From contig JBHHVD010000005.1 in NCBI GenBank assembly GCA_046754105.1, positions 933 to 64,932 on the forward strand: a DNA stretch of 64,000 nt. The letters are read 5' to 3'. The stretch is from Candidatus Krumholzibacteriia bacterium. Its GTDB lineage: Bacteria > Krumholzibacteriota > Krumholzibacteriia > WVZY01. Both the position numbers and the translations under genes were made by a program. Of the stretch, positions 28,778-37,028 are shown piece by piece; within the stretch, counting starts at the first letter, position 1, and each line of letters starts with the position of its first letter. A model generated the notes under the pieces. It saw only the letters and a list, made by a program, of their open reading frames with translations, ran no database searches and had not been told where the DNA came from.

Positions 28778-30013
28778 CTACCTGGCGGACCAGTCCGGAT
28801 TCTTTCCCTGCGCCAATATTCGCCTACCGTTGGTTCCTATGTCAATAATGGAAATGACGCTTTCACCGTCCCGCTCCTCCGTGTAAATGAGGTGGCGCCC
28901 GTTGGGAGCCCATCGCGGATCCTCGTGATTCACCGGGTCCCCCGTCAGGACCTGGAATCCCGTGCCGTCCGGCCGTATTGTACACAACTGGAAGAAACCG
29001 TCAATCCTGGATACGAAAGCGATATAGCCCCCCTTCGGCGACCATGCCGGCGACTCGTTGTACTTGCCGGCGAAGGTCAAACGCCTCACGTTACTGCCGT
29101 CCGCCTCCATGATGTAGATGTGGGGGTTGCCCGGCCGGTCCGAAGTAAACGCCAGTTCCCGGCCGCTCGGTGACCAGGATGGGCTGACGTCGATGGCCCG
29201 GCTGTGGGTGAGGCGACGTCTGATCTTGCCGTGCGTGTTCATGATGTAGATCTCCGGGTTTCCGTCTTTGCTAAGCGTTACCAGCATTTCCTTGCGCTTG
29301 GCCGACCAGTCTACCGAGTAGTTGAGTCCGTCGAATCCCGCCAGCTGCTTCGACGACGTTTCCTTGAGGTTGCGCAGGAAAAGATCGGGTTTTCCATGCC
29401 GGAAGCTCGTGTAGGCCAGCGCCCGGCCCTTGTCCACCCAGCGGGGATAGAGAATCGGCACGCTCTGCCGGAGCAGCGCCCGTGGGTTGTGGCCGTCGTA
29501 ATCCGACATCACCACTTCCCACCGGTCGCCGTTCTTGCGCCGGTAGACCACGTGCGTGCTGGCGATTCCCTTCTCACCGGTCAGCATGCGCACGACTTCA
29601 TCCGAGAAATGATGGGCGATCTGGCGAACCTGCTCGTGCTTGAAACGGTATCGCTTCGCGCCTATTTGCTGCCCCGTCTCGACGTCGATCACGCGTCCCT
29701 CGAAATGCGGCGCCTCGCGGTAGAGGAACATCGCCCCCCTGACTTCCACCAGCCCCTCCGCGTCGCCGTTGTGGGCGGCCGGGATTCGCCCCCTTTGAAT
29801 CTTGAAGACTCCCGAGAACTCCAGGTCCGCGGTCACGATCCGTTCCAGAGCCAGCACATCCTCCACGGAAGTGCCGTCGATGGAGGAGAAAGGCGCGATC
29901 GCCAGCGGGATGCGGCTGGCGAACGAGCTGCGGATACCCAGCTCTACTTCCGACTGCGCTGCCGCGGCGAGGGGCATGGTGACCAGCAGGGCAAGAATCA
30001 ACGCGAAACGCAT
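28778..30013 (-). CDS. tolB: Tol-Pal system beta-propeller protein TolB
   Basis: Start at MRFALILALLVTMPLAAAAQ (ATG 30011-30013). Repeated PxWSPDG-like blades (PSWSPSGRELAF, PAWSPKGGYIAF). Confidence 0.9.
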   Translation of the reverse strand: MRFALILALLVTMPLAAAAQSEVELGIRSSFASRIPLAIAPFSSIDGTSVEDVLALERIVTADLEFSGVFKIQRGRIPAAHNGDAEGLVEVRGAMFLYREAPHFEGRVIDVETGQQIGAKRYRFKHEQVRQIAHHFSDEVVRMLTGEKGIASTHVVYRRKNGDRWEVVMSDYDGHNPRALLRQSVPILYPRWVDKGRALAYTSFRHGKPDLFLRNLKETSSKQLAGFDGLNYSVDWSAKRKEMLVTLSKDGNPEIYIMNTHGKIRRRLTHSRAIDVSPSWSPSGRELAFTSDRPGNPHIYIMEADGSNVRRLTFAGKYNESPAWSPKGGYIAFVSRIDGFFQLCTIRPDGTGFQVLTGDPVNHEDPRWAPNGRHLIYTEERDGESVISIIDIGTNGRRILAQGKNPDWSAR

Positions 30014-30014
30014 A

Positions 30015-30683
30015 TCAAAACTCTTCTTCGTAGGCGAAACTGAAATGGACACCGAGGTAGGTGTCGGGAAACCCTTCCGGCAACGGCGGCAGCGGGTTGG
30101 CGAGGGTAACGGCACGCAACGCGGCCTGGTCAAAAAGAAAATTTCCGGACGAGGTCTCGATCGAAATCGCGCCGACGGCCCCACCTCGTCCAACCTGGAA
30201 ATAAACACGGCAAAACCGCTCCTCGCCCGGCGTGGTTGCCGGCACGTTCCACAACGCCGCGATCTTTCGCTTCATCGTCGTCAAGTAATAGGCGAAGGGG
30301 AAGTCCTCGACGCTGAGCTGCATATCGCCCGTCGCGACCGTTTCGTCGCCGGCATCATCCGGGACCTCCGACGTTTCCGTTATTTTCTTCTCCTGGACCG
30401 TTTTCTTTACTTCCTTCGGAGGTTTCTCTCGCGGTTTTGGTTTTTTCCGCTGCGGCGGGACAATTTCCTCCGCTTTCTCTTCCTTGATCCGTGGCTCGGG
30501 CTCGGTCTTTTTCTCGGCCGGCGGCGGCTTCACGGCCGGCTTTGCCAGCTGCGACGGGTCCACGAGCTGCACGGAGTAGACCTCGCGAGGCACGAATCGT
30601 ACCCGGGAAAACTTGACGACGGCCTGCGACAGGGCTCCGACGACGACATGCAGCGCGAACGAAAACAGAAGTGCGTTTCTCAT
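30015..30683 (-). CDS. TolA/TonB-family energy-transducer protein
   Basis: N-terminal TM segment, a Pro/Lys/Glu-rich spacer and a TonB_C-like C-terminus. Its position between tolR and tolB argues for TolA function. Confidence 0.7.
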   Translation of the reverse strand: MRNALLFSFALHVVVGALSQAVVKFSRVRFVPREVYSVQLVDPSQLAKPAVKPPPAEKKTEPEPRIKEEKAEEIVPPQRKKPKPREKPPKEVKKTVQEKKITETSEVPDDAGDETVATGDMQLSVEDFPFAYYLTTMKRKIAALWNVPATTPGEERFCRVYFQVGRGGAVGAISIETSSGNFLFDQAALRAVTLANPLPPLPEGFPDTYLGVHFSFAYEEEF

Positions 30684-30707
30684 CTCTTCGAGGGTCGGAT
30701 CCGGGTC

Positions 30708-31109
30708 CTATTTGTGGATCTTTTCCATTTGCGTGATCATACCCACCTCGTCGATACCCACCGCCTTGACCCTGCCGATCACGTCCATAACCACACCGTA
30801 CGGCACGTCCTTGTCCGCCCTGACAAACACTCGGTCCTCACCGGCTACTTTCAGGTTGCGCAGCGCTTCCTCCATGCCGTCCCTCTCCACCTTGCGGTCG
30901 TTGAGGTAGACATCGCCTCCCTCGGTCACGGCGAGCATTACGCCCTCCGTCTCCTTGATAACCGTCGACTTCGCCTTCGGCAGGCGCACCTTGATCCCCG
31001 CCTGAATGAACGGGGCAGTGAGCATGAAGATGATGAGGAGAACCATCATCACGTCGACCAGCGACGTTATGTTGATCTCCGAAACCGAGCTATACCGACT
31101 TTTCTTCAT
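30708..31109 (-). CDS. tolR: TolR/ExbD biopolymer transport protein
   Basis: Start at MKKSRYSSVSEINITSLVDVMMVLLIIFM (ATG 31107-31109). Conserved Asp in the TM segment. Confidence 0.85.
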   Translation of the reverse strand: MKKSRYSSVSEINITSLVDVMMVLLIIFMLTAPFIQAGIKVRLPKAKSTVIKETEGVMLAVTEGGDVYLNDRKVERDGMEEALRNLKVAGEDRVFVRADKDVPYGVVMDVIGRVKAVGIDEVGMITQMEKIHK

Positions 31110-31839
31110 ACGACGCCTCCCGCGTCGCGGTGTACGAGTGCGACTCCCCGATTCTGCCGGCGGTGAGCGCGAGAATCCTCGAGATGAACAGCTCGACGCG
31201 GGTTTCCTGACGGCGCACATGCCGAACCAGCAGGTTATACCCCACGAGCGCGGTAATCGCTGTGCCGAGACCCGCAATCGTGGTTACGAGCGCCTCGGCG
31301 ATCCCGGGACCAACCACTTCGATGCTGGCCGTGCCTTGCACGCCCATGCTGAGAAAGCTGCTCATGATGCCCCACACCGTCCCCAGCAAGCCGAGAAAGG
31401 GCGCTACACTCGCCGTCGTGGACAGGAAGATCAGGTATTTCTCCATTTCGGAGATTTCCGCCACCGCACGGCCGTCCAGCAGGTCCTTGAGCTGCCCCTG
31501 CGAGCGGTCGTGGGCCGCCTCTTTGCTCGAGGAGGGGTCCTTGCCTTCCATGTACGCTTTCGTCTCCAGCACGAGCGCGCCCTCGATCGACGGCAGGCAT
31601 CGTTTCACCGTTTCCATGGGCAGGTTGAGGCCCCGCGATGCGAGACCGGTTTGCAGTGCGCCGCCGCCGCGCCTGAGCCTGAGGTAGAGGCGCGTGCGGT
31701 CGAAGATGATCGCCCACGCGGTGACGGACATGACGAAGAGGATCAGCAGGATGACCTTGGCGAAGGCCCCGCTATCGAACATGAGCGAGACAAACGAGCG
31801 CCCGATATCGGCAAACGGCACCACCAGTTGGCTGTCCAT
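31090..31839 (-). CDS. tolQ: TolQ/ExbB (MotA/TolQ/ExbB proton channel)
   Basis: 249 aa and 3 TM helices. Motif LGLLGTVWGIMSSF. Confidence 0.85.
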   Translation of the reverse strand: MDSQLVVPFADIGRSFVSLMFDSGAFAKVILLILFVMSVTAWAIIFDRTRLYLRLRRGGGALQTGLASRGLNLPMETVKRCLPSIEGALVLETKAYMEGKDPSSSKEAAHDRSQGQLKDLLDGRAVAEISEMEKYLIFLSTTASVAPFLGLLGTVWGIMSSFLSMGVQGTASIEVVGPGIAEALVTTIAGLGTAITALVGYNLLVRHVRRQETRVELFISRILALTAGRIGESHSYTATREASYEEKSV

Positions 31840-31950
31840 TCTCGGCCTTTCTTATAACCTATTTATAATCAATAATTTGCGTGACTATTCGCCCTACCCC
31901 GAATCAAGCACAACATAACAAAGTGCCCCGACGGCGTCAAACCATAAGGG

Positions 31951-31979
31951 TTGCCGGATAGAGCCCGAGAGGCTATAAT
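31951..31979 (+). promoter_or_regulatory. sigma70-like promoter TTGCCG-17 nt-TATAAT
   Basis: Sits in the AT-rich divergent region. AGGAGG at 32015-32020 lies 7 nt before the ATG at 32028. Confidence 0.55.
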
Positions 31980-32027
31980 AGACAGGGGTATTATGTACGC
32001 GTTCCTCAAGCTGCAGGAGGGAATCTG

Positions 32028-33611
32028 ATGAAGAAAGCCCTCGCACTCGTTCCGGTCCTGGCCCTGATCCTCGCCCTGGATTCCGAGGCAGTAACTCGTT
32101 ATAATTCAACTGATTTCTCAAGTGGTGGCGTCTCAGTCACCCTCGCCGATCCGTCGGGTAGCGTCTATCAACAGGGCGAATCGGTCTCGTTCACCGTTCG
32201 TAGCGATGCGGACGCCTACGTGCTGGTGTTCGACATCGACACCGAGGGGTTCGTCACTCTGTTGTACCCCCGAACTGGCCATTCCCTCCCCAAACTTTCA
32301 CCCGGAGAGGAGCTCCGCATCCCAAACGGCGCCGGAGAGTCGCTGCGCATCAGCGGCATGACCGGTATGGAGTTCGTGTTCGCCCTCTCGGTACCGGACC
32401 GGGACGCGATCGCCGGGCGCGAGGTCGCCTCGCTCCTGGAGGGCGAGAGCGCCCCGTTCCACAAGCGATTTCGCGTGGACGGTGACCCGTTTCTGGCGGC
32501 GAATCGCGTGGCCGAGAAATTGGTCCGCGGGGTGCGCTACAGCGAGGGCGTCTCGCTCGCCTATACGTACTTCTACGTCGACGAGGCGGTTGGCTTTCCC
32601 CGCTACCTCTGCGAGGAGTGCTTCGCCTCCGGCGAGGATCCGTACGGCCCGGGAGCACCTTCCTACCACGCCGCCGCCGCGTTCGACAACGAGGACCACC
32701 TGAGCTTCCCGCTTTCCGCGGGGTTCGAGCGCCAGTTCGCCGAGAACCCGGCGAAGCCCGACGGCTACGACGATGGAAACGAAACCGAGGGCACGGTTAA
32801 TCGAGTCTACGTCTCATACGATCCGGACTCGTACTATGGTTACGATTCGTACCCGTGGTACGCCGGCTTCGGGTACTACCCCTACTACGGTCTCGGGTAC
32901 TATCCCTACTACGGCTACGGGCACTACCCGTACAACTACGGGTTTTACTGGGGTATAGGGTTTTCGTTCGGCGATTATTACGGGTACCCCTACTACTACG
33001 GCGGCGCATACCCCTATTACTATGGTAACTACGGCAACTACGGCTACTATCGTCACGGGGGGGAATCCATCTCCTCGCGGTCGCTGCGTCTTCAGGGCAA
33101 GGTGAAGTACAAGAGCGCGCTGCAAGCGGGCATGAATCAACGTAACGCCCAGCGCGGGAAATACAAGGCGACCACGGCCTGGAACGGGTCGGGCAAGGTC
33201 AAGAGCAGGTCGTCTTCGCCGGTGCTACAAACGAGAAGAGCCGCAAGGAGCAAGTACGGTGCGGACCGGACGAAATCGCGCCCGGTAAAGAAGGTCGCCC
33301 GTCACCGCGGCACGCGGAGTTTCAAGCAGGGACGTGCTTATACGTCGCGCAACTCCCGCCGCGCCGCCTCATACTTCTGGCGCGGCAAGTCGAGCCGGAC
33401 CCACCGCGGGCGGACCGCGGTGAGGAAGGCGCACTCGAACCACAGGGGCCGCCCGGCACCAAGGGTGAAATCCCGCTCGACGCGAGGCCACTCCGGTTCG
33501 AAGGGCACGCGGGTGCGCGGCTCACGCACGCATTCGCGACCGTCGGGACGGAGTTCGTCCCCCAAATCCTCCAGAGGAGGAGGCAAGCGGGGCAAGGTCA
33601 AGCGACGCTGA
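32028..33611 (+). CDS. exported DUF4384-like protein with Tyr/Gly-rich low-complexity region and polybasic C-terminal tail
   Basis: Signal peptide MKKALALVPVLALILALDSEA. N-terminal segment (VSFTVRSDADAYVLVFDIDTEGFVTLLYP) resembles DUF4384. Residues 261-342 contain about 34 Tyr. Residues 346-527 are Arg/Lys/Ser-rich. Confidence 0.7.
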   Translation: MKKALALVPVLALILALDSEAVTRYNSTDFSSGGVSVTLADPSGSVYQQGESVSFTVRSDADAYVLVFDIDTEGFVTLLYPRTGHSLPKLSPGEELRIPNGAGESLRISGMTGMEFVFALSVPDRDAIAGREVASLLEGESAPFHKRFRVDGDPFLAANRVAEKLVRGVRYSEGVSLAYTYFYVDEAVGFPRYLCEECFASGEDPYGPGAPSYHAAAAFDNEDHLSFPLSAGFERQFAENPAKPDGYDDGNETEGTVNRVYVSYDPDSYYGYDSYPWYAGFGYYPYYGLGYYPYYGYGHYPYNYGFYWGIGFSFGDYYGYPYYYGGAYPYYYGNYGNYGYYRHGGESISSRSLRLQGKVKYKSALQAGMNQRNAQRGKYKATTAWNGSGKVKSRSSSPVLQTRRAARSKYGADRTKSRPVKKVARHRGTRSFKQGRAYTSRNSRRAASYFWRGKSSRTHRGRTAVRKAHSNHRGRPAPRVKSRSTRGHSGSKGTRVRGSRTHSRPSGRSSSPKSSRGGGKRGKVKRR

Positions 33612-33667
33612 CCGGTGGTAGCCGCCGGCAACGGCCGGACCACGACGCTGTACCAGGAATAAAAAAA

Positions 33668-33688
33668 GAGGCCGACAGGTTCGGCCTC
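33668..33688. terminator. bidirectional intrinsic terminator
   Basis: AAAAAAA-GAGGCCGA-CAGGT-TCGGCCTC-TTTCCTTTG, between convergent genes. Confidence 0.85.
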
Positions 33689-33718
33689 TTTCCTTTGTCC
33701 TGCTGTCTCTACGCCTGA

Positions 33719-34285
33719 TTACAGCGTTTTGACGTGCTGCACGTCGAGATACTTTGCGCCTTCCAGCTTGCGCACGTAGCTGACGATGCGAAAACCGTTC
33801 TTCGCCTGCGCATCCCGCATAGCTTTGACGTGATTGTTCTTGATCAGCCGGTAGACCTTGCCATCCGCCGTCTGGAAGAACGATTGGCATGCCTCACTGA
33901 TTCCGAGGTTGCATTTACCGCAAACTGCGTTCCCCGTGAGGACGACCCGCGTGCCCTCGTGACCCCGGATATCGGCGACGGATGCGGTCTTGGCGGCCGT
34001 GCCCTTCGTGCAAGTGGCGCCCGCGGTCTTGGCGGCCGCGCCCTTCGTGCAAGTGGCGCCCGCGGTCTTGGCGGCCGCGCCCTTCGTGCAACCCGTGCCA
34101 GCCACTGCGGCTGCACCCTTTTTGCAACAAGCACCGGCGGTTTTTGCCGCCGCGGCCTTGTCGCAAGCCTGGCTCGAATCACCGGCATAGGCCACGGCGA
34201 CTGCGCACACCAGCATCACTGCGATAGCGATGGAAGCTTTTTTTCTCAAGACTCGAACCTCCTGGATAGAACAACACCTGGACAT
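33719..34285 (-). CDS. secreted Cys-repeat protein with C-terminal CxxC domain (DUF6370-like?)
   Basis: Signal-like N-terminus. Five 13-aa repeats, C-x-K-G/A-A-A-A-K/V-T-A-G-A-T/C. C-terminal LTGNAVCGKCNLGISEACQSFFQTADGKVYRLIKNN. Confidence 0.6.
   Translation of the reverse strand: MSRCCSIQEVRVLRKKASIAIAVMLVCAVAVAYAGDSSQACDKAAAAKTAGACCKKGAAAVAGTGCTKGAAAKTAGATCTKGAAAKTAGATCTKGTAAKTASVADIRGHEGTRVVLTGNAVCGKCNLGISEACQSFFQTADGKVYRLIKNNHVKAMRDAQAKNGFRIVSYVRKLEGAKYLDVQHVKTL
33986..34091. repeat. 39-bp tandem repeat, about 2.7 copies (coding)
   Basis: GGTCTTGGCGGCCG(T/C)GCCCTTCGTGCAAGTGGCGCCCGC at 33986, 34025 and 34064 (the last copy is truncated). It encodes the CTKGAAAKTAGAT units. Confidence 0.9.
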
Positions 34286-34415
34286 GGGAGATAACTGGCT
34301 AGGATATCTACACCAATATCGCCCGGGAGTTCCCCGAAGTCAAGTGTTTCGGGCCCTCATCGACGCTCCCGCGCCAGCTCCCGCCCGCGGGAGAAACGCC
34401 CCCGGGGACGGCGCG

Positions 34416-35261
34416 CTAGACCTCGACGGCCTCTCCCGCTGTGTAGCGCCCGCCTTCGTCCCTGACGACGCATGCGGCGAGCTTTGGATCGTGCTCGAAG
34501 AATAGGGTCCATCCCTCCCGGGCCGCCTTTTCGAGCATGCGGGTTTTTTCCTCCATTGCCAGCACCGGCTGCAAGTCGTAGGACATGATGTACGGCACCG
34601 GCAAATGGGCCGAGGTCGGCACTAGATCACCGCAAAAGAAGAGCGTCGTTTCGTTGTCGTGAAGCCGCGGCAGGTGCTGCCCCGGAGTATGCCCATCGAA
34701 GGTGTGCAGATCCACTCCTTCGTCGAGCGACCAGTCGCCGTCGTGCAGCACCAGGTTGCCTTCCCTTTCTATGATCTTGATGCGCGGCCCGAAAAAACTC
34801 GCCCGATCCCTGGGATTGGGGTTCAGCGCGTGCTGCCACTGGCGCCGCTGGATGTGGTGCGCGGCGTCCGGAAAAGTCAACCGCCAGCCGGAACCGTCCG
34901 GTGTGGCCAGGCCGCCGCCGTGGTCGAAATGGAGATGGGTCACCAGAACGTCGGTCACGTCCTGCGGGCGCAGGTCGTATTGACGCAGGCAGTCCGTCAT
35001 GGGGACGGTCGCTTCGAAGGCGTAGATCCGCGCCAGTTTCTCGCTGTATCCCATACCGCAGCCGGAATCCACCACGACCGTCTTGCCCCTCCCACGTATC
35101 AGGAGCAGTCGTGTCGCCATGGCGATCCGATTCTGGTCATCAGCAGGCGCCACCCGCGACCAGATGTTTTTCGGCACGACGCCAAACATTGCCCCGCCGT
35201 CAAGGCCGAAGCGCCCGCTGACGAATCCGTCGGCCTGCCAGCTTCCGATTTTCATAAGCAA
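34416..35261 (-). CDS. MBL-fold metallo-hydrolase
   Basis: THLHFDHGGG motif; 281 aa. Confidence 0.8.
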   Translation of the reverse strand: MLMKIGSWQADGFVSGRFGLDGGAMFGVVPKNIWSRVAPADDQNRIAMATRLLLIRGRGKTVVVDSGCGMGYSEKLARIYAFEATVPMTDCLRQYDLRPQDVTDVLVTHLHFDHGGGLATPDGSGWRLTFPDAAHHIQRRQWQHALNPNPRDRASFFGPRIKIIEREGNLVLHDGDWSLDEGVDLHTFDGHTPGQHLPRLHDNETTLFFCGDLVPTSAHLPVPYIMSYDLQPVLAMEEKTRMLEKAAREGWTLFFEHDPKLAACVVRDEGGRYTAGEAVEV

Positions 35262-35354
35262 CCCCTGGATGTTGGATCAACCAATATAACGGGCGCAGTA
35301 TAGCACCATCCGTGTGCCTGTCCAAGGATCGAGTAACGACCACGCGCGCGCGGG

Positions 35355-35675
35355 TCAGGATTCTTCCACGATGACGGCGGTACCGTAGACGAGCAGCTCC
35401 GCCGCACCTTGCATGACGCTGCTGGTCACGAAGCGTACGCCGACCACGGCGTTGGCTCCCATTTGTGTCGCCTCTTCTCGCATCCGGTCCAGGGATTGCT
35501 CGCGCGATTCCGCCATCAATTTCGTGTACTCGCGGACTTCTCCACCCGTAACGTTCTTGAAGGCCGCGGTCAGGTCCAACCCGATATGGCGCGCGCGTAT
35601 CGTACTGCCCCTCACGAGCCCCAGAACCCGCTTGATCCGCTTTCCGGCGACCGAGTCGGTGGTGGTGACGATCAT
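35355..35675 (-). CDS. YbjQ-family (UPF0145, 'heavy-metal-binding domain') protein
   Basis: 106 aa. MIVTTTDSVAGKRI...GANAVVGVRF...VYGTAV pattern. ATGA overlap with the anti-sigma stop. Confidence 0.8.
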   Translation of the reverse strand: MIVTTTDSVAGKRIKRVLGLVRGSTIRARHIGLDLTAAFKNVTGGEVREYTKLMAESREQSLDRMREEATQMGANAVVGVRFVTSSVMQGAAELLVYGTAVIVEES

Positions 35676-36106
35676 TGCTTGACTCCCTTGTAAGGATCGG
35701 ACTTGCTCTCGTGATAACGCTCTCTCAGGACGGACAGAAAGATGACGACCAGGCCCGCGAGCAAAACCGCGATGCTCAACCCTTTGAAGGTGAGCAGCCC
35801 GGGAGAAGTCATCGCCTTGTACAGGCCGAAAGCCGTAATCCCGAGCAGGCCGATGATGAGCAGCATGAAGCCGGTACCCCGCTCCAGCCGCCGGTAAATG
35901 TCGGCCCAGTAGGCAGTCCAGTATTCTTCATCGGGCATCTTGAGCTCGATCTCGCTACTGAATTCCACGATGCGGCCGATGTCCCGTAGCTCGGCCGTGC
36001 AATCATCGCACTTTTTGACATGGGCCTCGTATGCCTGCTTCTCCTCGAGTGTTATTTCCCCGTCGAGAAGCCTCATCCCTTCGCTTTGAAAACGGTTGCA
36101 GACCAT
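35672..36106 (-). CDS. anti-sigma factor (zf-HC2, single TM)
   Basis: HVKKCDDCTAEL zinc-finger motif and two C-terminal hydrophobic segments. Start ATG at 36104-36106, one nt after the sigma-factor stop. Confidence 0.7.
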   Translation of the reverse strand: MVCNRFQSEGMRLLDGEITLEEKQAYEAHVKKCDDCTAELRDIGRIVEFSSEIELKMPDEEYWTAYWADIYRRLERGTGFMLLIIGLLGITAFGLYKAMTSPGLLTFKGLSIAVLLAGLVVIFLSVLRERYHESKSDPYKGVKQ

Positions 36107-36107
36107 G

Positions 36108-36761
36108 TCAAACCACCTCTCCTGGCGCAGCACTACCTTCGGGCGTCGCGCCGGTTGTCCTCTCGGCCCCGTCGCGTTCCCATTCCAGTATGATCTCCTT
36201 GAGCGCCTTGCGTGCGTAGTACAGCCGCGACATTATGGTCCCGATCGGTGTGTCGAGCAGATCGGCCATTTCGCGGTAGGACAGTCCCCGAAAGTTCTTC
36301 AGAACGATGACCTCGCGATGTTCGAAAGACAGGCGGTCGATCGCGCGCCGCATCAAGTCAATTCGCTCCTGTTTCTCCATGCGCTCGAGCGGCGTGGGGC
36401 CCGATGCCGCGAATCGCTCGGCTTCGTGATCGCCATGGTATAGCGACTCGGTCCTTTTCCGGACGCGCTGGACGAAGTTGAGGCAGTGGTTCTTCAATAT
36501 GCGGTAGAACCAGGGGTAGAACGGCCTCTTGGGATCGAAACTTTTCCTGGCCTGGAATGCTTTTACGAACGCGTCCTGGGACAGGTCGCGCGCGTCCTCG
36601 GGGTTGCCCGTAAAACCGAGGGCAGTCAGGTACGCGTCGCCCATGTGACGGCGGACGAGTGTCTCGAACGCGGAACGGTCGCCGTTGCACCAGCGCTCGA
36701 TGACGTCCTTGTCGTTCTCCTGCAAGATCAGGCTCCCTATGCAAACGTGCGCTTGCTGCAT
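36108..36761 (-). CDS. ECF-type RNA polymerase sigma-70 factor
   Basis: Region 2 (DAEDARDLSQDAFVKAF-like) and region 4 (LSYREMADLLDTPIGTIMSRLYYARKAL). Confidence 0.85.
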   Translation of the reverse strand: MQQAHVCIGSLILQENDKDVIERWCNGDRSAFETLVRRHMGDAYLTALGFTGNPEDARDLSQDAFVKAFQARKSFDPKRPFYPWFYRILKNHCLNFVQRVRKRTESLYHGDHEAERFAASGPTPLERMEKQERIDLMRRAIDRLSFEHREVIVLKNFRGLSYREMADLLDTPIGTIMSRLYYARKALKEIILEWERDGAERTTGATPEGSAAPGEVV

Positions 36762-37028
36762 ACAAGCTATACACGCCCGGCGCCCCCGTATTCAAGCCCG
36801 CGAGGCGCCGGCCGGCCCCACGCCACGAACATCCTGCAACTCAATGTCGTCTAACTACATACGAACCGACCGCCCGGGGCGGCGCCTGGCCGCGTGGCGG
36901 GCAGCCCCCGACCGGTTTGATGTTGCCATGCCGGCGGATTTCCAGTACCGTTTTTGTCCTCGCGGCGGGCTCCCGGCCCGTTCGGTACATCGGCACACTC
37001 TGACGTCTCTTACTGGAGCCAGCGGAAC

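Noticed and set aside
33986-34091. Tandem 39-bp repeats as a possible CRISPR array
   Set aside because: The repeats are directly adjacent with no spacers. They are in-frame coding repeats of a Cys-repeat protein.
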